Below, piece after piece: positions 34,885-46,508 of a DNA stretch of 64,000 nt (position 1 is the first letter of the stretch; each line of letters begins with the position of its first letter). The stretch covers positions 79,670,001 through 79,734,000 of the forward strand of contig NC_083228.1 in the NCBI RefSeq assembly GCF_032191835.1, in the 5' to 3' direction. A model generated the notes under the pieces. It saw nothing but the letters and a program-made list of their open reading frames with translations, did not search any database and was not told the DNA's origin. Made by a program: the position numbers and the translations under genes. Source of the stretch: Heteronotia binoei (lineage: Eukaryota).

Positions 34885-36419
34885 CTACCAAACAAGACAG
34901 AAAGAATAAAATACTGCTATTCCGGCATACTGAGTGACATCATCATGTATTTGCTCAGAAGCTGTGGTAAATAAACATTTAAAAAGGTTTGTTAGACAAA
35001 TTCATGGAGGAGAGCAGTCTACAAGTCAGGATAGCCAAATGGATCTATAGGGAACTACAGTATCCCAGTTACAGGAGACTAGAGACATACCACTGGAAAC
35101 AGTAATCAACTTGTGATTTCCCAATAAGCATCTCTTGCTACTGCTGGAAATGGAAAGTTGCACTAGTCCCATCTAGCAAGGCAATTTGCATATTCACTGT
35201 GAACTTATGTTCAAGCAAGGTAGTGTGAGTACTGCACAATTCTAGGAATTAAATTTTGTCAGCTTTTCTGCAGCTTTACAAGGGAGGAGAGGTGATTTCA
35301 AACAATTCCTCTCCACACTGCAGCCTCACATCATGTGACTTTTTGTTCACAAGGGTTCCACCATCCCCAGCACAGAATTCTTGTAGCTCAAAGGGAACAC
35401 TCTTTCCCTTGAATGAGCATGAAAGCTGAGGGGATCCAACCTTAAGCACAGTTATTTAGGAGTCAGTCAGTCCCATTTTGTTAAGTTTTGCTTACTCCCA
35501 AGTATGTGAGCAGAGTCTGCAGCCTGCTGATGGTAAACTCAAGATAAAGGCACTTTGTAAATATTAGAGCACTGAACATATGAAGCTACCATCAAGATCA
35601 CTGTTGTCTATTCTGACTGCCTGATCTGCTTCACTTGGAAATTCTGGGGTTTGAATTGGGGCCTCTGAATGTAAAGCAGATGCTCTCTCCAAGGTCCATT
35701 ACTATTTTATTGTTTATGATTTGTTCTTTAAGTGGCTCCAAATATTTCAGTACAGGTTCCAGACCTTGGAACCTTATTAGCACAGAGGTAATGTCATTTT
35801 CAAGTACATTATTTTTATGACATCAAATATTTTAAGAGGCTTATTGTTACAGAGTTGTATGTAATATTTTAGGTTCAAGTGCAAAACATTGTGTTCTTGA
35901 GACCACCACAACAAGAAGAGGAAGATTACTTTGTGAATCTGCATTCTGGTAACAGCTCAAAACAACTGCCTGTTAGCACCAGAAGCTATGATTTGCAGAA
36001 GTATCTATAACCTGACAGCCTTGGATCAGTGGATTAGTACTGACAGCTCCATGATAGACCATGATCCTTCTGCAAAGGACTGGAATCTGTAATTCTGGCT
36101 TTCTAGTTCTAAACTTTCCAACTATTTTTTTAAAATTGGTCTTCTTGTGAAATTGCTTATGTGCAGAGATCATCATCTAAAGCCACTGTCTGCCCCCACA
36201 CCTTTAGAAGCACAAGTAGCTAGAGACAGGGGTTTTTTTGGTGATTGTACGTCAATAATGAAATTCCATCCTCATGCACATTCACCTATTCCCCAAAGTC
36301 TTGATGACAAATAGCACAGATCTGTTTATAACCGCTGTTCTCTATATTTTGGATCTTATATTATATTGTTTTAAGTTGGCTGCTTTTTTTTTGCTTTTTA
36401 AATATTGCTTAAAACCAAC

Positions 36420-37150
36420 TATAAGCCATGCAATGGCCACCTCCAGACTGGACTACTGTACCTCTAACCTTAAGACTAACCTGAAACTGTAACTAGTCCA
36501 AAATGCAGCAGCATGGGTTCTTATAGGATCTTCATTTAGCCCCTCACATACAACTGGTGCTCTACTGGATTAGGTTCAAGGTTTTGGTACTAACCTTCTA
36601 CGTCCTAAATGGTCTGGAACCAACATAACTTTGGGACTGCCTCTCCTTATATACCTCCCATAGAGCGTTATGCTCAAGAGATACCAACCTTCTAGAGATC
36701 CCTGGCCCAAAAAGTATTAGGCTGTCCTCAATAAGACAGCCCCTGGCCCTGGCTCTAGCCTGGTGGAATGCTCTGCTGAGAGAGACCTGGGCCCTGGGGG
36801 ACTTAGAGCAGTTCTGCAGGGCCTGCAAGATGAGAGATGTAACCACCAAGCTTATGGCTGAGGCAGCAATGGTTTCATCTTAGATTGGCTCCTCCCCCCC
36901 CCCCCGGTTGGTACTGTTATTCCTCCATATGATCAACTGCAAGATATTTTACTCCCTCCCCTGGATAAGGGGTACCAGGTCATGCCCTTTTTAGGTGCCA
37001 TGGTGGCCACCTGTATTAGTAGTTAATATTACCGTAAAACTGTTTTAATTATTTTAATTAATCTTATTGATACTGCTGTCAAATACTGTTGTTACCCACC
37101 CTGAGCCCTGCTTTACAGGTGAGAGTGGGTTATAAATCCAATAAATAAAT
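36420..37150 (+). mobile_element. Degenerate L2 LINE 3' end
   Basis: cacctccagactggactactgta (TSRLDYC), ctagtccaaaatgcagcagc (LVQNAAA) and cccaccctgagccc...ataaatccaataaataaat tail. Confidence 0.8.
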
Positions 37151-37357
37151 CCCCCCTCCCCCCCAAAAAATCCTGATGGAAACAAAGGAGAGATCGTTTT
37201 AAAATAAATAGTACATATCAGTTTGATAGCCAACCTTAAAAGGGGGGCAGTCTTGGCAGCTCAAATTTGCTGGCTACACGTGTCAAGAAAAAGCAAATTA
37301 TACTGCTAAAAGCTCAAGGCAATGAGTAATTTCCCCTTCTAAAGCCTTTTCCTCTAC

Positions 37358-37587
37358 CTGCTGCGCTGTCTCGCTCACAAACTCTGAAGCAGGCTGGGAG
37401 TTCAGGAAGAACTTTGCCTCCTCTTGCTTCTCCTCCTGCTCCTTTTTAATGTTTATTTTCACAGGCTCAGTAATGCTAAGAACATCCACTTCTTCTTCAT
37501 CATTTTCTGGCTCCTGCTTGAGGAAACGCTCCAGCTCTTCAAGCTTTCGACACATCTCTTCTCCAGCAGTATAAGAAGATGAGCATT
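37358..37587 (-). CDS. YEATS2: YEATS2 exon (E)CSSSYTAGEEMCRKLEELERFLKQEPENDEEEVDVLSITEPVKINIKKEQEEKQEEAKFFLNSQPASEFVSETAQQ
   Basis: AAG acceptor and gtagag donor; 230 nt; conserved EPVKINIKKEQEEKQEE. Confidence 0.93.
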
Positions 37588-38969
37588 CTTTCCCAGGAAG
37601 CAATCGGCAAGACAGGGGTCAGAGAGAGGATTTATTAACAAATGTAAACCATGTGACCAAGATGTATGCAATTAAAAGATGTTGAGTCCACTTGTTCTAC
37701 AAAAACCTCTAACCTCAGGTACACCATACAAAAGCATGATCTCTACCAATAACAAGAATACATTCTGCTGTTCCTCTAGCCATCATCATCAGCACTGTCC
37801 CAAATGGAGTCCTTTAAATGGAGACTGAAACCATACTCATAAGCATAGTTATAGGTCTGCTTAGCATTGCACAGTAAGGCTATTCACAGACTAACATTGG
37901 ACCTTAACTATTCTAGTGGAGCTACTTCAACTATAACAGCTGCGTAACCAACTTAATGGGAAAAAAAGCCATGCTTCTGTGGGTGGGGGCTGTCTGCTGC
38001 GTGGGAAAAACCCTGTTTGCTCATTTTAAAAGGAATTTTAAAAAAATCTGCAGGAATGGAGAATGGGAACACAGTGTTCAATCAAAACATTTTTTAAAAA
38101 TGAAAATGGTATTTACATGATGAGCTATGTTTGAGAAGTGTTTGTCAAGTGTTATATGTGTAGTCATGTGCCTATGTGAGGGGGGGGGGACAATTTGAGC
38201 ACAGTTGTAAAACTGCTCTGGGGGGTGTATCACCTAGCTCTAGTAATGCCTACAAGGAGAAAATAAAAAGGCTGCTCCAGTTACTAAGAGACAAAAAATA
38301 AGGCCAAGGCCAATGATGCAAGTGAAGTAAAAATAACTTTTATTAGTTAAAATTCCCTATGCATTCCACCAACAGACTTCTTCAGGGGAATCTTTTAGTC
38401 TTGCAGTTTTTCTTCAACAAGAGTACAAGATCAATAGTAAGCAATACCTACAACAGCTATACCTGTTTCTGTGAAATATACCTTCCTTCCTTTTGGGAGA
38501 GGAAGAGTCAAATTTTTCTCACTCCAATTTGGTCAGAGGCCACTGCAGATAAACTAAGAGAAAGCATGCTTGAATCATGGGTAGCAATGGCACTATCAAA
38601 GCCCCCATCATTCTAGAAATGTTACATGTGTTTAGCCTTATTTTTGGCAAGAAGTATCTTTTTTGAAGAGCCAATAATTCAACCCTGCAAATACATTTCA
38701 ATGCAACATATGTTCATTTTGATGCCCTCCCAGTTGCACAGCCTTGAGCTATAACTCTGCACAGGTCTAATGCTTTCTCAGCAGTAGCCAAAATGGGAAT
38801 TTCCATCCACATATAACACACACTTACACCAAGCATAAAGAAAGTGCCATCTGAAATATTCTCCCGGAGAGTACAGAGGGAAGCAATTTCTTGAGTGGGC
38901 CCTCCAGGACCGTGGGTCAAAGGGAATGGCTGCTATTGAGGCTCATTACACTGGTTTAAAGTGCTGTAA

Positions 38970-39612
38970 CAGGGATGGGCATGAGTCTAAAAAGGGTGGT
39001 TTGGGGTTTGCTTCAGGGCAGCCCATGAACTGAACCCATGCAAACAGGACCCACCTGAACCTAACCAGTCTGTTCAGTTCCCCCTTTCTTGTGGCCACGG
39101 CTTGTTGCATCTGGGAGAAAGGGGGAGGTTACCACCCTGGAAGGAACTTCCTCTCTACCTTTCCACCAGGGTCAGAAGAAAGAGCTTCTAGCCCTCTGGT
39201 GGACCTCTTGATGGCACTTGGTTTTTTTTTTACCACTGTGTGACACAGAGTGTTGGACTGCATGGGCCATTGGCCTGATCCAACATGGCTTCTCTTATGT
39301 TCTTAAAAGGGGCAGGGATTGCCTGGGAAGGGTTAAATGGCTGATAGCCATTTCAACCTAACATTGGTATGGTGGACCTGCTCAGCTGTTATGTTTAGAT
39401 GACTGCCAGCCAGCCATTTCAATCTAACAGCTGAGTGGTGGACCCAGCACTGCATTGCTGCTAGGCTGAAATGGCTGGCCCCAAACAAACTGGCCAAAAG
39501 TCCAGTAAACATTTGGGAGAACTTGCTTTCCCCAAACATCCATTCTCAAGCTATGAACCAGCCCAAGTCCATGCCAAATTTTGGCTCATGGGCCGGCTCA
39601 TGCCCATTACTA
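38970..39612. mobile_element. hAT-type MITE (GATGGGCATGAG termini) with a nested CR1 3' tip at about 39195..39305
   Basis: cagggatgggcatgag / ctcatgcccattacta; CR1 tail atccaacatggcttctcttatgttctta inside. Confidence 0.65.
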
Positions 39613-39719
39613 TGTAACACTCTACAGACAAGTCACTACAAACATACTCCAAGAGTCCAGAACAGGATGCATCATGCTTAAAGTAATACCACTGGGGATC
39701 CACAAAGAACTTATGGTTA

Positions 39720-40140
39720 GGGTGCATCCCTTCCCTGCCTTTGCTTCCTTCCTTCTCCCCGCTTCTCTAACAATTTTTGCCTTCTTTCTCCCTGTCATTC
39801 TTTCAGGTCTCTTTTTCCTCCCCTCTTCTCTGTCAATCTCCTCATTTCTCCCCCTCTGTCAACCTACTGCCCTTTTTCTTTTGCCCTCCACCCCTTCTCT
39901 GTCAACCTTCCCCCTCTTGTTCTTCCTTTCACTGACAATTGTCTCATTCCCCGCCTTTGTGTATTCTCTGCTCCCACCACCCGTCTGTTTCTCTGCTCCC
40001 TCCCCCATTCCTGCTTTTACCTTGTCTCCCTGTTTTTCTCTATCTTGCCCCTCTCTATGCTGTCACTTTCTTTCTCTTTTCCCCCTCCCACCCCACAATT
40101 ACGTTTTCTCTTTTTTCTCTCTCCTTCCCCTATCAGTTAC
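39720..40140. repeat. CT-rich low-complexity tract
   Basis: About 420 bp that is very strongly pyrimidine-biased on plus. Confidence 0.85.
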
Positions 40141-41682
40141 TTGGATCCTGCCTGATACTGGATTGTCCCTGGCTTGTAGGGCTGTTCTGCAGCTGTCTCT
40201 CATGGCCTGCTTTAATGGCCTGTTCTCTCATCAGCCCTATCCCAGCTTTTTGGCCAGGGCACCTCCAAACTGTCCACCCAGCACCCTCACTGGGGCCCAT
40301 GCCAAGCTCTTGCACACTAATAGCTAGAGGAGGATGCCCAGCGTTGGCAGCAGCCACAGAGTCACCAGTGAGAATGATGCTTCTGTGGCCAACATCATGT
40401 GACCTGCCAGTGTGCAAGGATAGGGGCAGCGGAGACCTTGCCCCAAACAGCCCTGTCACCACTGGCTCCCTTGCATGGGTCTGAAGCAGCCTGTTGTAAT
40501 CTGGCACTGGGAGAAGGCTGCCTGGTGTTGGCAGGAACAGAGGGCTGCCCAGAGCTCTGCAGCTTCTGTGCCTCAGAAGCTAGTGAGAAGATGAAGCAAT
40601 GGTGGGCTTGTGGTGGCAGTACCAGCATTGCTGCTTCACCATCTCAAAAGGTTCTGAGGACAGACAGGGCTGGCAGTAACTGATTTTGTGCAGATGATGA
40701 GAATATTATTTTGGGAGGGGGACTAAAATCCTCCCATCTATTTTTGGTTAAGTTTTTTCTGTAAACCTGGTGGTTCCCCTAGATTTGTAGAAAAACCTTT
40801 CTTTCTTTCTAGCTGGTCCTGAGTACTGCTGGCTATCAGACTATATAAGAACTCTGCTGCCTTTTCTACTGCCACACTTCAGGTCTGTACACAGCCTTTT
40901 TGTATGAGATGCTTAGTACAAACATGGCTATAAAATGCTCCGAATCTTTGTCCAGAGATACATTTGGGTATTTTCAACAAAACTACTGCAATCTCTTCTC
41001 ACACCAAAGCTGCAAAGTAAGAAATACAGCTTTTTGGTCATTACCTATCCTTTAAGCAATTCAGGTGGATGCAGCACTGCATACATCATACAAAGATCAA
41101 GTACAGCAATGTCCGGTGTGAGCCTGTCCTTTTCCTGCTTTCTCCTCTATTCTTTTTTAAAATTGTTGGACACTTTCCAATCAAATGACATTTTACTTCC
41201 ACTGCTTCAGTTTTGTAAACAGAGGAAAAACTTAAATGTTGCGCTTCTCTCTTCATCAATTAAAATCAAATTTCTTCTTCACTCACTTTAACCAACTCAT
41301 GTTTGAAATCTACCTTTTCCAAGAAACCATACCTGTAGGTTAAATACACACCCAACATCATGGTAATAATGAAGAATAATATATGTTTCCAGAGAATAAC
41401 AGATGGCTTCGGAACTACATGTTTTGGGGAGTGTGCGTGTGTGTGTGGAAGAAAGACTTATTTCCAGGCAACAATATAAAAATATTTCTTATAGTTCCAT
41501 CAGTTCCTAACCTGACCTAACAAAACACAATTCAAAACAACAGTAAAATTAATATAGGGTCAAAGAAACAGGCCACCATGTATGGGTCAAAGCTAAATCA
41601 GTTCCAGAAGATTGGCAGCCCTCTGAGCAATCTCTCATCTCACATAGAGAACTTCCATGGTTCTGAAGTCCCTTTCTCTTAC

Positions 41683-41881
41683 CTGGTTCATTGTCTATTT
41701 GTGTCAGTATATCCTCTATGGAGTCTTCACTCCTCAGTGTTTCTGGATCAGGTGGTGTATAGCCTCGGCAACGACACCAATGTACAACCTGCTTAGTTTT
41801 CAGGGGACTAATACTATGAAATTTTGGGTGCTTCTCTATGATTTCTTGGAGGATTTTTCTTACTGTCAGTCCTCGTTGCCA
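41683..41881 (-). CDS. YEATS2: YEATS2 exon WQRGLTVRKILQEIIEKHPKFHSISPLKTKQVVHWCRCRGYTPPDPETLRSEDSIEDILTQIDNEP
   Basis: ctacag acceptor and gtaaga donor; 199 nt; conserved WCRCxGYTPPDPE. Confidence 0.97.
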
Positions 41882-42027
41882 CTGTAGAGGTAAAAACAAC
41901 AACACAAAGCAAGGGTGTGATTTAGTATCATGGAGTTTTATACTCATGTTTTACAAGATGACAATGCTGAAACAGAAGCCTGAATGTTCTTTCTCAAAGG
42001 GCCAAGCAAGAGTTAAGGGTTAAGAGT

Positions 42028-42386
42028 TAATGGAGAAAGTAGAGAAAGAAGTACTTTTCTCCCTTTCTCACAATACAAGAACTCGTGGGCATTCAATGAA
42101 ATTATTGAGCAGTCAGGTTAAAATGGATAAAAGGAAGTACTTCTTCACCCAAAGGGTGATTAACATGTGGAATTCACTACCACAGGAGGTGGCAGCAGCT
42201 ACAAGCATAGACAGCTTCAAGAGGGGGTTAGATAAAAATATGGAGCAGAGGTCCATCAGTGGCTATTAGCCACAGTGTGTATATGTGTGTGTGTGTATAT
42301 ATATAATTTTTTTGGCCACTGTGTGACACAGAGTGTTGGACTGGATGGACCATTGGCCTGATCCAACATGACTTCTCTTATGTTCT
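42028..42386 (+). mobile_element. Young CR1 LINE 3' end with internal (GT)/(AT) microsatellite
   Basis: ORF 42030..42269 RTRGHSMKL...YFFTQRVINMWNSLPQEV is the CR1 RT C-terminus; ttatgttct tail. Confidence 0.93.
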
Positions 42387-44242
42387 GTTGCAGGACTGTT
42401 ATGTGGAGCTACATTCTTCACAAAACACCTTTAGTCTTTTCATCTGTAAATCAGGCTTCTTTTCTGGCTCTCTAACTGTACTTCCAGACCATTCCAAACA
42501 AAGAGGCACTTCTGTTCTGAGAAAGTAAGGCATCCCTCAAAGCATGTTGGTAACTATGCAATTTGCTTGTCCCTGTTAGCTTCTAGCCACAGACTTTGGA
42601 TCAGCATCCTAAGAGCCAAACTGTAAGTAGCATAGATGGATCTTCCCCTTTGTTAGCTTTTAAAGTATTAACAGTAGACACTGTAGAAGACTGAGAGGAC
42701 AGAATTTGGATCAGGGCTCAAGTTCAGTGTGTTTTACTCTTCACCCACATTGTTTTTCCCAGCTTCAATCACACATGCACAGAGGCAGTACTTGTTCCAG
42801 AGAGAAACATATAGGCACCATACAGGTACTTCCATGTCCTTCCCCATCACTTGTCAAATAGTTTCAGGGGACACTGGAATAAGAAAAATGGTATTTTGTA
42901 TGAGGGAAAGGGAGAGGGAGGGGATTAACCTTTCCAGTGTGTTGATACCTGTACAAATTAGGTCCTATCTACTGATGCTAGTTATATACCAACATCCCAT
43001 CTGCTCTAGCTCCAAAGGCATAAATTTCAGGTGCCTGGACTCTCATGCAGACTCAGCTTACCCCAAACCCACTATATCTGGAAACACCCTGACAAGAAAG
43101 TGTAATCACCCGGATTGGTTCAGATATTTAACTTGCTAAAAGCTTGTAAGTTTGGAACAGCTTTTAAAGAAAGCCCCATTTAGTTTTAGCTGATGACATC
43201 TGAGAATAATGCCAGACTTATTTGAGTGCCCTCTCTGCTTCTCCACATTCTGCACACAACAGAGGGACAAAACACGAAAGAGCAACAGCACAACAAACAA
43301 GGATAACTCAACGAATAGCAGTTTCTGAGCCCCAAAGACCAGCCAAATAGCTAGGAGAGGGCCAGAGGCCATTCTCTTTATCATGTGATGAAATAGTAGT
43401 AATCAGAGTAGGAGCACTGAACTGAAGGTGGTTTCATTCTGTTGATGCTACTGCTAGAGGCATTCCTTGCACTTCGAGCTTTTATGCTTCCTCTGAAAGA
43501 CCTATTAAATATTATTATGTGGACAGAGAATTACATATTATTGTAGAGAATGAGTGGGAGAGATTTAAGCTGACTGTTCCCTCAGCATGGTTGAGCTTAT
43601 GCAGACAAATAATTAAGAAACAACAGTATCATTTAACTTTTGCATACTGTTTTTGCATATATTGGCTTGTATCAAAACAACCAAGCATTCCCTTTGACCC
43701 CTGGAAAGAGGGCCAAGCTGCACTGAGGGAGCCAAACTGCTCTGCTCCCCCCTCATTTCCAAGAACAGCTCTACCAATAAAAGAGGACACGGGCAATTTC
43801 CTCCCCTTCCTTCTCCTCACTGTAGCCCTTATATGACTTTTTGTTCATGCAAGTCCTGTTATTCAGCTTTCTATGGGTCAAAAATGTGTGTGTGTGTATA
43901 GGGGGAGATATGAAATCCCACATCCACCAGTGCCTTCCACTGACGGTTGGTGCAGCTAGGCCTTTATCTCAATATGTTGGAACTCTAAAAGGACAATGCT
44001 GCCATTTAAACTGCTATTCACATTTTATAATACGAAATACAACTAGAAATGAAATTCAAATTTATTTACATTTTACCCAACTAAAATCTTATAAAACAAA
44101 ACAGATCTATATTAAAAACAAGTAATCACTTTAGAGAGACAAAAAACTTTTGGAGGAGATCCCACCATATTACATGCCACATTTTCAGTCAGCCATTTCC
44201 CCTAGTTTTAATTTCATTGGTAGAGCAAACAAGAAAGCTTAC

Positions 44243-44322
44243 CTCAGCAGCCCTCCGTTTCCCAATATTCCAGCTATAATATTGTTCCACTGAACTGGCA
44301 CAGAAATAATTTGCATCTTCAG
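44243..44322 (-). CDS. YEATS2: YEATS2 exon (T)EDANYFCASSVEQYYSWNIGKRRAAE
   Basis: gtttag acceptor and gtaagc donor; 80 nt; conserved WNIGKRRAAE. Confidence 0.96.
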
Positions 44323-46508
44323 CTAAACAGCAGGGAAAAAATACACAGATCCCTCAAATATTGTCTTTTAAAAGCTATGAAAGAGAATTCATTTTGTGAT
44401 TAGTTATTTTAGAAATCCTCAAGAAAGAACCCTCTCCCCCATTAGAGTTGTATAATGCATCATAAAGATAAGAAAATACAGAGATCTCGAAGTGGCTACA
44501 TTTCTCTTTTGGGTGCTTTAAAAAGGGGATTAGCAATTTTCACCATGAAGATTAATCAGGGAACAAGACAGTTCTTTATAGCTTTATTTGCCTCAGAAGA
44601 TGGGAATCCCTTGTGACACTGGAGGAAACTGGAAATCTTTATGGAAATGTTAGGGGACAGAAAGAACTTTCTGTGTATTTGGAAGATGGCTACTTGTGAA
44701 GGTAAATGATGACTCAGACACGGAGAAGTAGCTGGAGAAGATTTCTAGAAAACACTGTGGGAAGCAGGAGACTGAAAACAGTTTTGAGATTTGTCTGTAT
44801 GCTAGTTGTACACCCAACAGCAGTTCACCATTGTCTTTCCTCAAAGAGAGGATGTGTAATAAGGCGAGGTTCTCTTAACGGTACCCCCCCCCCCCCACAC
44901 GAACATTCCATATGAGCAGCTACAAAAAAATTGCAGCTTTAAAAAGGTTGGAACTTTGCCATAAGCAAGAGGGAGGCAACTGTTCTAATGGCTCAAAAAA
45001 TGGAAACATATCAGCAGTACTAGAATAAGTGACTGCACTTATTTGTAAAGTATAAAAATACTTTATAACAATATTTTAAACACACGGGAAAAATACAGAA
45101 CTTGGTCATAGAATTATCCCTTTTCAGCCTGCTGTTTGGTGGATACAAAAATCTACAAACGTAAAAAAACAGCAAAATTATCATAATGCAGAAGTTATAA
45201 TGAAAGTGTGTTTATAGTCACAGGCAAAGATGGTGATACTTCTTCCAAACAGGGGGCTCATGAAAATTACACAGCATTTTCTAAAGAGGCAATATTTCTA
45301 AAGAGGGTGCCTTTCTATCCACAATCAGAGCCCACAAGGCAGCAAACATTTAAAAAACATTAAAATATTTGAGCGATTAAAAACACATCTAAATTTATAA
45401 TATTTTAAAATATTAAATTTATGGCATTCTACAGGATATTTTTCTCATATTCCCTGCTGATGTTTGTTGTTTCTCTTCAGCTGTTCCCCTTGATCCATAT
45501 TGTGTTCCCAGGAAAACATTAATAACCTTGGCAATTACAATATGTACAGTGTTCAGATAGGCAATCAGAATGTATTAGCTAATCACTGACAGATGGGTCA
45601 GTGATTTGAAAGGCATTGGCAAACGAGATATGTTGCTCTCAACTGCTATTTGAAAGGACCTAACTTGCCAATATGCTGGGAGTTCCTAGGATTTTTCTAG
45701 AAGTTCACGTGTCAGGAGCTTCCAGATGTTTTCTAGAACTCTCTTACCAGGAGCACAAGGACTTGACTTGATCAGTACTGTGGTGAGATATGATTTTTTT
45801 TTTTTTTAATTCCTCTCAACATCCACCTGATCAAAAGTGGATCTGACTTTCTGTTCCTCTTGTTTGACAGGGCTTCAGTTTATCAACTCTGGGATAAATT
45901 TTTAATCACTATATCTAGCTCTTTATATATAGAGCCTTGCTCCTAGACTGGCTTATTGGAAAACTCATTATTTTACAACGACAAATGACTTTTATACCCT
46001 ATGGTGGCTACAAATACATTGCTTTATAATTTCAGATGCTTTGTAACTTTTTTTGCTTGCTGGTACTGTAATTTTCACTTTGATAAACACATTTTGAAAA
46101 CTTTAAAAAATGGACCTGGGGGTTTCCGGGCTACGTCGCCTTGATCTCAGTCGAGTCCGCGAGCTCTCCTGCTTGTGGCCCCCCCTGAATCAAGAATGGG
46201 GCTTTTGCAGCAAGACAGGGGTGCAACGACAGTTGCTCCTGTTCCTTCTGTATGCCCTGAAGCTCTCCCCATCGTGATCGCCATTACAGCAGCAAGAGGT
46301 GAACACCCGATCGCTTCTCTTCTCTTCAATAAGCTTTGATCTATCACCTCTCTACCTCAAGCATGACAATTCTACATTGCAACTAAGTTGGCTTTCAATT
46401 GCCAATGGCTAATGGGTAATTTTTGCATTTCATTAAATTGGCAGTTTAATGGGTAATTTTTGCATTTCATTAAATTGGCAGTTCAAAGGAAGGGAAAGAG
46501 GTCGATAC

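Noticed and set aside
37298-37603. Stand-alone 101-aa gene from the ORF track
   Set aside because: It is a YEATS2 internal exon read into flanking introns.
39581-40484. 248-aa and 181-aa ORFs resembling membrane proteins
   Set aside because: Products of a CT-rich low-complexity tract (Leu/Ser/Pro/Phe codons contain no stops); no splice or homology support.
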